Shown here piece after piece: positions 20,263-29,937 of a stretch of 64,000 nucleotides of DNA. Source of the DNA: a bacterium (GTDB lineage Bacteria > UBA8248); assembly GCA_965219955.1 (NCBI GenBank), contig OZ244799.1, positions 1,920,001-1,984,000 of the forward strand, written 5' to 3'. Both the position numbers and the translations under genes were made by a program. The notes under the pieces are model-generated. The model was not told the DNA's origin, did no database searches, and worked only from the letters and a program-made list of their open reading frames with translations. Numbering within the stretch: the first letter of the stretch is position 1; each line of letters begins with the position of its first letter.

Positions 20263-21020
20263 CTAAAGACGGGAATCCGTCAAGGGATCGGGTAGGCTCG
20301 CGTGCAAGTGGTCCTGTTCGAGTTCGGGTGGAACGACGCCCTTCAGTTTATCGATCCGGTCGGGGATTCTTTGTACGGTTTCGCGGAACTGCTTCACCGT
20401 CCAGTCGTTGGCGTAGACCTCGGTCACGTCGCTCGGACGGGCATGGTTGAACAGTCTTTTGGTTAGCTTCCTCGGCAGCATGAGTCTACGCTCGGTCACG
20501 GTGATGAAAGCGTTTCTCAGGCCGCGGAACCAGAACTTCACGCCGCCAGCCTTACCGATGCAGGTTTAGTGGATATTTAGTTCCTAGACGTACTCCGAGA
20601 CGTTCGAGGGGTAGGGGAACACCCATTCGCGCAGGTCCGCAGGCCCGGCGTCACAGTTCGCCCTTCGGCCGGAGCGCCAGGGTCTCCCCGAGCTGCTGGG
20701 TAACGGGAAACTCCAGAGGCTCCCCGCTCTTGGTCTCCTCTATGCTGAGGATCCGCCGCTCCATATCCACCTTTTCCCGGCGCAAAGATACGATCTCGCC
20801 CCGGCGCATAACGGTTTAGAGCTCAAACCACAGAAGGTCCCTGTGCACGGGGTCTCGCACTGACCCCTCGGTACCCGCGCGCCAGCGCGGCAGCACTTCT
20901 GCCGAGGAGGATATCATGCGCTGCTTCTTGGAGTGGTAGCGTTCGCCTCCGGCGAGCCACAGTTCGACCGGGTTTCTAAGGATCTCGTTATCGGCGTAGG
21001 GCCTTCTGTACACCGGACGA
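20263..21020 (-). pseudogene. Tyrosine integrase pseudogene (third, different subfamily)
   Basis: Fragments MRRGEIVSLR..., EETKSGEPLEFPVT, KFWFRGLRNAFITV...KRLFNHARPSDVTEVYA with stops and frameshifts. Confidence 0.8.
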
Positions 21021-21049
21021 TTATCGCGAAGATGCGCAATCACGTGATG

Positions 21050-21340
21050 AAATCGATGAATATGAGCGCGGCCTCGCCGTGGGAGAACTTCTTGGTGTCG
21101 AGCCTGATATCGGGGATTTCGGGCGCCTCGCTCGGCGAATGGAGGTTTTTGAGATTTTTAAGCTCGCGCGCGTGAGTAGAGGCTATGGGGTCGCGCGATT
21201 CGCAAACCTTGAGCAGCGTGTCGATGAATATCTCGACGAACCCGCCTCGCCCACCATCCAGCGGGCCATGTCGCGTTCCGCCCGGAAGGTGGAGGCGAAC
21301 GAGGCCGGCACGATAAACCCGGCGTCGAGCATCGTTCCAG
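21050..21340 (-). pseudogene. cysC: Adenylyl-sulfate kinase (CysC/CysNC C-terminal) remnant
   Basis: MLDAGFIVPASFASTFRAERDMAR, then shifted frame FVEIFIDTLLKVCESRDP and EAPEIPDIRLDT. Confidence 0.65.
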
Positions 21341-21543
21341 GCGAACTGTAAACGCGTCGCTTGACAAATGCATCAGACTGCAATTAGGGGATTAATCCCG
21401 TGCATGCAGGCACTCGGGGCCGGCAATGATGCGCCATGGCATGACAGGCACTGCCCTGCCAGGTATCATGAGTCTTCAGCTTGCTCTTCTATATCCAGAT
21501 TCATCGAAAGGCGGCATTGCGCACTGAATGGAGGGGGCGAATC

Positions 21544-22698
21544 GTGAGTGGCTCCGCGCACCGGGAAGTTCCGGAGATTACCCTTGGGGTGGAGGAAGAG
21601 CTGTTTCTCGTCGACCCCGACACCCGCGACCTTCTGGCCGAACCGGACCCGGGCATCCTCGCGGCCTGCGAGAGGAGGCGCGGCCCTCACAAGGTGGTGC
21701 CCGAATTCCTTCGCGCCCAACTCGAAACCAACACACGCGTCTGCGGCTCGGTGGCCGAGGCGTGCGAGGCGCTGCGCGAGACCCGGCGGGTCGTTATCGA
21801 GGCGGCCGAGGAGCACGGCGCGGCCGTGATGGCCGCCTCCACGCATCCTTTCGCGCAATGGCGAACGCAGCTGGTCACGCCGAAGGAGCGCTACGAGCGG
21901 TTCGCGGCCACCTATCAGGAGAGCTTCCGCCGGATCTGCCTGACCGCCATGCATGTCCACGCCGGCTTCGGCGACCCGGAATCGCGCATCCGGGTCATGA
22001 CGTCGCTGCGGAGGCACCTTCCCCTTTTCCACGCGCTGTCGACGTCCTCGCCGTTCTACGGCGGGGGCGAGACCGGCTTGAAATCCTGGCGGCTGAACCT
22101 CCTCGGCGTGCTTCCGCGCACCAGCATTCCCGGCCCGTTGCGCACCCGGGCGGAATACGACCGCATCGTGGAAGACTACCGGCGCATCGAGGTCATCAGG
22201 GACGGCAGCGAAGTGTGGTGGGACATCCGCCCCTCCCACGCTCACCCGACGATAGAGCTTCGCATATGCGATACCTGCCCGCGCCTCGAGGACGCCGCGA
22301 GCATCATCGCCCTCTACGCCTCCCTGATCCGGTGGCTGGCGCGCCTGGACCGCGAGGGCCGCCTCCCGCCCGAGCCGCCCACGGAGATTATCGCCGAGAA
22401 CCGCTGGCTCGCCCAGCGATACGGTGTGCTGGCCTTTCTGGGCGACATGGACCTCGGAGGGCGGGTGGACATCGAGGACTACGCAACGGAGCTGATCGGG
22501 AAACTCTCCCCCGACGCCCGGGCGCTGGCGTGCGAGGATGAAATGCGCCACGTGCTCACCATCATCCGGGAGGGCAGCAGTGCGGACCGGCAAGCCGATC
22601 ATTTCCGTCTTTGCCGCCTGAATGGCGACAACCGCGAAGAGGCCATGCGCTCCGTGGTGGATATGGTGCTCGCCGAAACCCGGGAGGGTGTCCTATGA
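21544..22698 (+). CDS. ybdK: Carboxylate-amine ligase YbdK / glutamate-cysteine ligase GCS2 family
   Basis: TLGVEEELFLVDP, ASTHPF, MHVHAG, ALSTSSPF, WWDIRPS, TIELRICD, ENRWLAQRYG; GTG start with GGAGGGGG SD. Confidence 0.9.
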   Translation: MSGSAHREVPEITLGVEEELFLVDPDTRDLLAEPDPGILAACERRRGPHKVVPEFLRAQLETNTRVCGSVAEACEALRETRRVVIEAAEEHGAAVMAASTHPFAQWRTQLVTPKERYERFAATYQESFRRICLTAMHVHAGFGDPESRIRVMTSLRRHLPLFHALSTSSPFYGGGETGLKSWRLNLLGVLPRTSIPGPLRTRAEYDRIVEDYRRIEVIRDGSEVWWDIRPSHAHPTIELRICDTCPRLEDAASIIALYASLIRWLARLDREGRLPPEPPTEIIAENRWLAQRYGVLAFLGDMDLGGRVDIEDYATELIGKLSPDARALACEDEMRHVLTIIREGSSADRQADHFRLCRLNGDNREEAMRSVVDMVLAETREGVL

Positions 22699-23438
22699 AC
22701 TTTCGGACGGCTCGACATGAAATCAGGACCTCCACCAGAACGCACTCCGGTTTTCATTCCGATAGAAACGGACCCTCCGAAGGCCGAACCTTCGATGTCG
22801 ATGACGTGGGGAATATGTGCGTGTGAGCCCCGGATGCATTTGCTGATTTGGAAGGCGAGACGTATTCCGGCGAGTTGGTGAAGGTTTGGAAAACCGAACA
22901 ATCGGGCGCGTCCACCCCATCGAATACCGAACGGTAACGATTCGGCGGCAGGGTGATGGACATGCTGAAACTGGTGCCTGCATGAGGTATTGTCCGCAAG
23001 CAGTCAGACCAACTCAGTGCCCTAACCACTTCGGCAGTGCGAGGATATTCTGGTGGTACCGATGAATCTCACTGATCGTGGGGATATTGACCTCCATCGT
23101 TAACACTCATTCAGGAGAGTCCGTGGTCCGCTCTATCACCCCACCCAGCGAACGGACACATCGAAACACCTCACCAACACCTCCTATTGTAGAAGACAGG
23201 CCTAAGCCCGACAGGCTTATAGCCCAAATCGGTTTGAACAAGAGATGTTTGCTCGTCCTGTATGGGTTTCCCCCTGCTGATATTCGCCTTTGCAAACCCG
23301 CGCGCTTGGCGATGTGTCCCTTGACGCGAGGCCTTCGGAATCGCTAGTTTGAATTTGTAGCCTGTTCTACCTATTTCTACCGCCACCGAAATTTTTCATT
23401 TCTGCACGCAACGAGGTTCCGATCTCGAAGAGGGTGGG

Positions 23439-24561
23439 ATGAATATCAAAAAAAATTTGAGCCGTATCGCGCGTCGCAAGGGCGCCATGCAGGCTGAATC
23501 AGAAGACCGGCATGAGATTCCGCCTCCGGCGGCCATCGAACCGTTCGTTCCGAATACGACGGGAAATTCGGAAGCGAAGGGGTTTGGTTCGCACCAGGAA
23601 CTGGAATTGATCGCTTCCGGAGAGACTGCGCCAACCGATTCGGCGAACGGCGTGGACTCGGTTGATGGAGGCGATGCTCCCGCTCTGGAGGCATTGGTCG
23701 AGCCGGTCCCGGATGAGTCGCCGGATGCTCCCGAGCCGCCTCTTAAAGCAGCACCGTATGAGGAATATGCCCTCGAACTGGAGTTGCTGACTGAGACGGA
23801 ATCAAAAGCATCGCGGAAAGAAACGGGGTCGTCTCAGAACGATGAATTTGCGGCCCCGGAAGCAATCGATAACTTTGAGGAGGCGTCTGCGTCAGAGGCG
23901 GGAGTGCCACAGGAGACCGAGTCTGAGGCCATGGACGAAATCACTAAGGAGGAGGAACCCTTGGCGCCGGTCACGGATGAGTCGTCGTCGCAGAGTGATG
24001 CAGCGTCGTATGAGGAATATGGCCTCGAACTCGAGTCGCTGATCGAATCGGAATCAGAAGTCTCGCCGGAAGAGCCGGAACCGTCTCTGGATGAATCGTC
24101 TCTCGAAGAAGCCGCTGCCGAGGATAAGGAGATACTGACGGCGTCGGTTTTGCAAGATTCGCCGGATGAAGACGAACCGCCGCTCGTAGACGAAGAAGCA
24201 GACTCGGAGATAGCCGAAAGCGTCGCTGAAGCTACTGCACCTGAACCGGAAATCTCCAAGGAGAGTGAGCCTGCGGAAGATATCACGGAGGATGTTGGGG
24301 GATCCCCTCGCGGCTGCAGTGATACAAGACTCGCCGGATGAATCCCTGGAGCCCGCTCTCGCGGAGAACGGTATTTTCCCCCTCGTGCGGGATGCTCGCG
24401 GCACTTGGCGGTCCGGCAAGGGATTCAGCCGGGGGGAATTGCGCGAAGCGGGCCTGAGCCTCGCCGATGCCTCACGCCTGCATATCCGCTTTGACAAGCG
24501 TCGTCGCAACACGCACCCGGTGAACGTCGCATCCCTCGAACAAGCCAAGAGCGGCGTTTGA
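23439..24561 (+). CDS. Acidic repeat-rich protein with C-terminal ribosomal eL13 (L13e)-like domain; split by a +1 frameshift in a G5 tract (24297-24301)
   Basis: ORF 23439-24341 (E/D/S/P-rich) overlaps ORF 24265-24561; repeat unit xxQDSPDE continues across frames; C-term RSGKGFSRGELREAGL...IRFDKRRRN...NVASL. Confidence 0.75.
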
Positions 24562-24590
24562 GGGGCATGAACCGGCATTGAAAGGAAGCA

Positions 24591-24760
24591 ATGATGAGCG
24601 AATTAGTATTGGAATTCAAAAATTATCACGGATCCACCGAATACGATGAGGAAAACAAAACCCGGCATGGCAAGGTTCTCCCCACGTACGGGATTTGATT
24701 CCCTGCGAAGGCGAAACCGCCAAAGATTTGAGAAGGCGTTTCAGGATTCGATGAACGAGC
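24591..24760 (+). pseudogene. HicB-family antitoxin remnant
   Basis: MMSELVLEFKNYHGSTEYDEENKTRHGKVL then shifted VRDLIPCEGETAKDL...AFQDSM. Confidence 0.6.
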
Positions 24761-24885
24761 ATGGGTGCGTCCATACAAGTTTGCGGTCCGCTCTATGACC
24801 TCACGACCGAATCTCCGGCCGGGTAGGCGGGGGCATTCCCGGAGGAGAGCGAACGAATACCCTTGATGGCGGATGGGTAAGACGT

Positions 24886-25737
24886 TCACTTTCTCGCGCC
24901 ATATGCGCCCATGAGATCGCTGGTTGAGAACGTGCCGCCGACTTCCTCATGGTTCGGCCCGTAAAATGTGCCGTTGATGTTTCCCCAATCGAAAGTCCCG
25001 TTATTTTCGACACTGCGGTTGCGCCATTCGATATTCTCGTAGCTCCCACCCGTGCTTCTGCCTCTGATATTCGTGAAGGAAACATCCATCCGGGCATCAA
25101 CGGCGGACGCCCTGAATTCGAGCCGGGCATCCCCTTCGAGATGCTCTCCCCTGTTCTCTTCTGACGAATCCACCCCCAGCATCACGCCCTCGTAGGTGGC
25201 CGATGTCGCCGGAACACTTCTTGACTTGTTTCCTGCAGACATCCCGAAGCCCATTTCGAAATGAATGCCTTGGATGGTGGTCTCACCCACGAATGCTCCG
25301 AAAAGATTGTGACCCATCCATGCGCCATAACCTTCGACATTCACATCGCCATCATCCATCGGAATGGTTTGGGATGCGCGGTATAATTCAACACCATTCC
25401 TGCCTGCGATTCCGGCGAGCTGAAAGTCATCCGAGATCGAATCTTCCGCATCGATAAAGTCTCCTATGACGAATCGACCTGAATACCCCAATTGTGCATT
25501 GCTCGTGACGCAACCATCGGGAGAGCAGGTGGTGTCAATGGGGAAATCCACCGCCGCTCCTTGTTGGTCTCGGCCATACAGGTACATATCGCTCATCAGC
25601 AATAGCGCATCGTGATTCAACTGGTTGAGTTTGTACGCATCAGGCATTATTTCAGGTTGTTGTGACATCCCGGAGCCGCCACCGCAACCGAGCGCAAGAA
25701 CCGCTACCAAGGAAATTGCCAGAATGTTCCTGATCAT
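24886..25737 (-). CDS. Surface lipoprotein with TbpB-like C-terminal beta-barrel
   Basis: Lipobox LALGC followed by GGGSG; C-term ATYEG...INGTFYGPNHEEVGGTF...GAYGARK. Confidence 0.75.
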   Translation of the reverse strand: MIRNILAISLVAVLALGCGGGSGMSQQPEIMPDAYKLNQLNHDALLLMSDMYLYGRDQQGAAVDFPIDTTCSPDGCVTSNAQLGYSGRFVIGDFIDAEDSISDDFQLAGIAGRNGVELYRASQTIPMDDGDVNVEGYGAWMGHNLFGAFVGETTIQGIHFEMGFGMSAGNKSRSVPATSATYEGVMLGVDSSEENRGEHLEGDARLEFRASAVDARMDVSFTNIRGRSTGGSYENIEWRNRSVENNGTFDWGNINGTFYGPNHEEVGGTFSTSDLMGAYGARK

Positions 25738-25988
25738 TTTTTCATCGTCCCCTTATTGTGAGATATGTCCGTCCGGACCCGAAGACGGGCCTGTCTCCAA
25801 ACAACTCACGGGTTCCTGGTAAATTCCTTTCTGCTCCGACCATTCGGGAATCGTCTTTGTTGAAATTCCATTTATTCGAACGACATTCCGTGCCTGTATC
25901 TCTGGTAGCTACCCCACGCCGCGCAAACGGACAGCCAAGACGGGAGCGCATGTCAGCCCGCCGACGACCCATGAGACGGACGATCAAC

Positions 25989-28900
25989 CTAGAAGCGCAT
26001 CCTAAGAGTCACCCGCCCGGCGTATTCCGAATCGTCGGAACCCAGGCCATACACCGACACCTCGCCGCCGAGCGAGAAGCGGCCCTTGCGGTAGACGCCG
26101 CCCAGCCCGAACAGGAACCGCGTCTCGGGCGATTTCGATACGAGCCTCTCTCCCGACACGTCGACGGCAGTCTCCGCGTCGCCGAGTTTCTGTTCGAGGT
26201 CCACCGAACCCCGTAGCGAGAACATCCCTCCATCCCAGGTGCGCTCCATCTTGGCCACTAATCCGACGCCGCCCGCGAGGCGCCTCGCATCATCAATAGA
26301 GAATCGAGCGCCCGCCGAGTCGTTGAATTTGTCGATGGAAACTTCCGAGCGCGTCGCCCAGGCGCGGGGCGTGAGGTTCATCCGCTCGCTCATCTTGATA
26401 CGCCTGCCTGCTTCGAGGCTCATGAGTGTGCCGCGCGAGGCGGCGTCGCGCTTCAAGGTTCCCACATCCGCGTCGCCGGAGATGATGTCCACGTCGTAAT
26501 CCGTCAGCGAGAGGCTCCCGTTCGCGTAGTAGCCGCCCGCGCCCTTCCAGGAGGCGGCCAGCGACACGCCGGTTCCTTTCGCCTTGATGTCTCCGCCGCC
26601 TGTTGGTGCGGAAACGTCCGCAGAACCCTTCACTTGGAGCAACGATATCGAGCCGGTGAAATGCTCTCCCATTCCGATGTCCAGCCCGGCTTGCGCCGTG
26701 AAGCGATTGAAGTCGTATTCCGCGCCGACGCTCGCGCGCTCAGGCTCGTACGAGCCCCTGCCGCCGGAGAGCTTTGTCCACACCGGCGAGCCGGGCGAGC
26801 GTAACCGTTCCCCTTCAGGCGCCCCGCTGTTCAGGCGAAGTAAAAAGCCGGGCAGGGCCTCGTAGAGAGCCGCGCGTGGAGCGTAGACCTCGAGAAGGTT
26901 GCTCGAGTTGCGGGCTTCGATAACACCCGCGGCCAGCTCGCCGGCGGCCTGGTCGCCGTTCGTCAGAAAATCGGCCGCCGCATTGCCCAAGCCGCCGAAT
27001 ACATACTTAACGACCCGGCCGCCGCCTTTGTGAAAAACGGACACCGCTTTGCCTGAGCCGTCGAACACACGAATCGGCGGATTCATGCAGTCCGGCGGCG
27101 TGCCGACCTGCCCTTCCGGACAGGTGGGCGGCGTCTCGATGAAATCTCCGGCGGAAAAATCCCGGTCAGCGATGACGCCCGCAGCCGGTTCGCTGATAAC
27201 CCAGTTCACCGGGTTCGAGCCGATACGCTCCGTTACGGTAACCCCTTCCGCTCTTATCGTGACATTCCACGCCCCGTTGTGAGCCACAGCGTTGGGGACG
27301 ACGCCCTTCCCGCCATCGTGAAGCATAACCTCGTTGACCACGATGGTGGTCTCTCCCCCGTCGTTGATAATCCAGTCGTCCCCGATTACGTCACGCACCC
27401 GGCGGCCGTTCAGATTCATATCGACAAGCAGCCTGGGATCATTTCCCGCTGCATGGATTGCGACCCCATACTGCGTGCGTATCGTTCCCTCGGGTCCGAT
27501 GCAGACCTCGCCCCCGGCCGGGAGATAAACACCCGCCAAGCTGTACACGTCGCCGAATATGGGCCTGTCCACCACGACCTTTCGAGGCATCGGCGGAGGC
27601 GGCGGAGGCGGCGGTGGTGGAGGCGGCGGTGGTGGAGGCGGTGGTGGCGGCCGCGTCTCGTTGAAGTCCGCCGACGAGAAATCCCGGTCGGCGACGACGC
27701 CTGCGGCCGGTTCTGTGATCACCCAGTTCGCCGGGTCCGTGCGATCTACGGTGACGCCTTCTTCTCTCATACGGACGTTCCACGCCCCGTTGCGAGCTAC
27801 CGCGTCGGTGACCGTTTCGCCGGCGTGTAGCACGGTGCCGTTGACCGCGATGGTGGTCTCTCCCCCGTCGTTGATGATCCAGTCATCGCCGATGGCCTGC
27901 GACACCCGGCGGCCGGCGAGGTTCAGATCCACACGCAGCCTGGGTGGAATGGCCGGGAGCACGTTATCCGGGTCGGTATTGTCTTCCGCTACGGTGCCCG
28001 TGGCCAGGATCGCAATACCCGAGCCTGAGCTGATGCTGCCCTGTGGCCCGATGATCACTTTGCCGCCACCGGCAAGGTACACACCCTCTGCCGCACTGTT
28101 TATTGCCCCGTTGACCGTAACGGTCTGCTCGCGATAGCCCAATGCATCCAGGGACGCCGTAAGGAATGGCATGTTATTGCTGACTGCGCCCACCTGCACG
28201 CCACGTGCGCCCGCACCGCTCACATCGATCCTGCCACCCACCGTGACGTCCATGCTGCGTCCTGCAGCCGTCCCTCTATGATAGACCACGATGCCGTGAC
28301 CATTGGGACCCGTCGTGGTGATCCTGTTATTTGCTCCCGTGGCAAGGTTGACGTTGCCGGATCCAAAGTGCAGGCCGTAAATACCGTAAGAGTGGGTCCC
28401 GGCCGTAGTGATGGTGCCCTGCGTGTCGACATGGACGTCGCCGGTACCCTCATGAAGTCCGTAAATGCCGTGGGCCGAAGTAATGGCGTTATCCTGCGAG
28501 ATCAAACCCACACTTTCCGTGGTGATGGCGTAATCGCCTTTTATGTCGATCCGGCCCTCGCCGCTTGAGCTTGCATGATGCCAGCTGAGAACGCCATGTC
28601 CCTGTGTGCCTCTTGTCGTGATGCTGCAGGGAACTGCAGGGGAGTCCGTACAGACCAGATTGATCGCCTGGTCACCTGTACCGGAATGCTGGCTAATTAT
28701 GGCATAACCGATATCACCTCCGGTCATGATTGTAGTGTCCCTGAGCGTCATGTGGACATCGCCAGGCCCGCCCTCTCGCAAGGCAAAAAGGCCGTGCGAC
28801 CTGTTCGTCGTAACGGAAATCCCCTGGGTCAGGAGAGTGATGTTGTTTACCTGGTCTGCAGTGTAATTCTCTTTTGCGATGCGGACACCGATTCCTGCGG

Positions 28901-29489
28901 TATCAATCGTCACACCGCTCCTCAAGTCCACTTCAATGTGGCCATTGCCCCTATGCTGGGCAACCAGTCCCCAGGAAGTAGTATCTTGTGTGCGGATTCC
29001 GGTATCTTCCAATGTGAAGGTGAGGGTGCCTTCACCACTCAAGTGGGCCCAGACACCGTGTGTAACTCTGCCCGTCGTGTCGATCATCGAGCGGGTGGTT
29101 GTCATGCCTGTTGTGATACCGGCGATGCTGATATCCACATCCCCGCTGCCGAGATGCGTAGCCCTCACACCCGCGTTGGTGGTGCCGGTCCCAGTCAAGT
29201 CGATATCGATACCCATCGCATCGATGTCGATATTGTTGGTCGATGTTTCACTTTCTTCACATTCAATATGATTCCCTGTGCCAGGTGTGTTGCTGCATAC
29301 AGGCGCAGCCCGCACTTCGCCTTGGGCAAAGGCAACCAGCAGAACCGAGGCGCAAAGCCTGAGCAAGACCCGCCTCAGTTCACCGGCACACCTCCGCTTA
29401 CTCGCAAATATGAGCATATGCACAGCCTGTAACGTAGAGCGCCCCAGCAAGTCAGCGGAAGAGAGTCGTGGCATATGCCTGAAGGACAT
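25989..29489 (-). CDS. Autotransporter (type Va) adhesin-like protein with poly-Pro linker and duplicated ~140-aa passenger module
   Basis: G/T-rich beta-helix repeats (ITTxGxxxHGI), Pro20 tract at 27591-27650, YAPRAALYEALP linker, C-terminal beta-barrel ending LRMRF. Confidence 0.88.
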   Translation of the reverse strand: MSFRHMPRLSSADLLGRSTLQAVHMLIFASKRRCAGELRRVLLRLCASVLLVAFAQGEVRAAPVCSNTPGTGNHIECEESETSTNNIDIDAMGIDIDLTGTGTTNAGVRATHLGSGDVDISIAGITTGMTTTRSMIDTTGRVTHGVWAHLSGEGTLTFTLEDTGIRTQDTTSWGLVAQHRGNGHIEVDLRSGVTIDTAGIGVRIAKENYTADQVNNITLLTQGISVTTNRSHGLFALREGGPGDVHMTLRDTTIMTGGDIGYAIISQHSGTGDQAINLVCTDSPAVPCSITTRGTQGHGVLSWHHASSSGEGRIDIKGDYAITTESVGLISQDNAITSAHGIYGLHEGTGDVHVDTQGTITTAGTHSYGIYGLHFGSGNVNLATGANNRITTTGPNGHGIVVYHRGTAAGRSMDVTVGGRIDVSGAGARGVQVGAVSNNMPFLTASLDALGYREQTVTVNGAINSAAEGVYLAGGGKVIIGPQGSISSGSGIAILATGTVAEDNTDPDNVLPAIPPRLRVDLNLAGRRVSQAIGDDWIINDGGETTIAVNGTVLHAGETVTDAVARNGAWNVRMREEGVTVDRTDPANWVITEPAAGVVADRDFSSADFNETRPPPPPPPPPPPPPPPPPPPPMPRKVVVDRPIFGDVYSLAGVYLPAGGEVCIGPEGTIRTQYGVAIHAAGNDPRLLVDMNLNGRRVRDVIGDDWIINDGGETTIVVNEVMLHDGGKGVVPNAVAHNGAWNVTIRAEGVTVTERIGSNPVNWVISEPAAGVIADRDFSAGDFIETPPTCPEGQVGTPPDCMNPPIRVFDGSGKAVSVFHKGGGRVVKYVFGGLGNAAADFLTNGDQAAGELAAGVIEARNSSNLLEVYAPRAALYEALPGFLLRLNSGAPEGERLRSPGSPVWTKLSGGRGSYEPERASVGAEYDFNRFTAQAGLDIGMGEHFTGSISLLQVKGSADVSAPTGGGDIKAKGTGVSLAASWKGAGGYYANGSLSLTDYDVDIISGDADVGTLKRDAASRGTLMSLEAGRRIKMSERMNLTPRAWATRSEVSIDKFNDSAGARFSIDDARRLAGGVGLVAKMERTWDGGMFSLRGSVDLEQKLGDAETAVDVSGERLVSKSPETRFLFGLGGVYRKGRFSLGGEVSVYGLGSDDSEYAGRVTLRMRF

Positions 29490-29499
29490 GCGATCTAAT

Positions 29500-29559
29500 C
29501 TTGAGGCTTGAGGCTTGAGGCTTGAGGCTTGAGGCTTGAGGCTTGAGGCTTGAGGCTTG
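29500..29559. repeat. Heptamer simple sequence repeat (CTTGAGG)x8 + CTTG
   Basis: Eight perfect units counted directly, 10 bp upstream of the autotransporter ATG. Confidence 0.97.
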
Positions 29560-29937
29560 TTCCAAATTAGGTTCAGGACCCGCTGATGTCAAGTTTGTTT
29601 GAGTCTCAGTGCTCTTTGCGCCGGAACCATGAAACGCCGTTGAACCATCGCTCTCAGAAAGGGATAATTTCAAGTGCATTCCGCCTATCGCTCTTTGAAG
29701 TTCAGTGAGAATTTACGCCCAAGGAGTCCTTCGGTAAAAAGGGCTGAAACTCCGCCTTGGGCATTTCTGGTGCGATGAATTTCGGGCGAATCTCCTGTTG
29801 AGTGAGGTTTTTCTTCTAGGTGGATGCCCTCACTCGGTAAAATCACGATGATAATAAAGTATATAAGGCAGAATTTTCAAGACTGATGGGGCAATGTTCT
29901 TCTCCCATGAGCCGTCCCTACCCGAGGACCTTGCATG

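Noticed and set aside
22760-22985. Possible SMP-30/gluconolactonase relic (DDVGNMCV...GELV...FGG..MDML)
   Set aside because: Similarity too weak and interrupted by stops to support by eye
29500-29559. Repeat array considered as CRISPR
   Set aside because: Spacerless 7-bp tandem repeat; no cas genes; no CRISPR array found anywhere in the window
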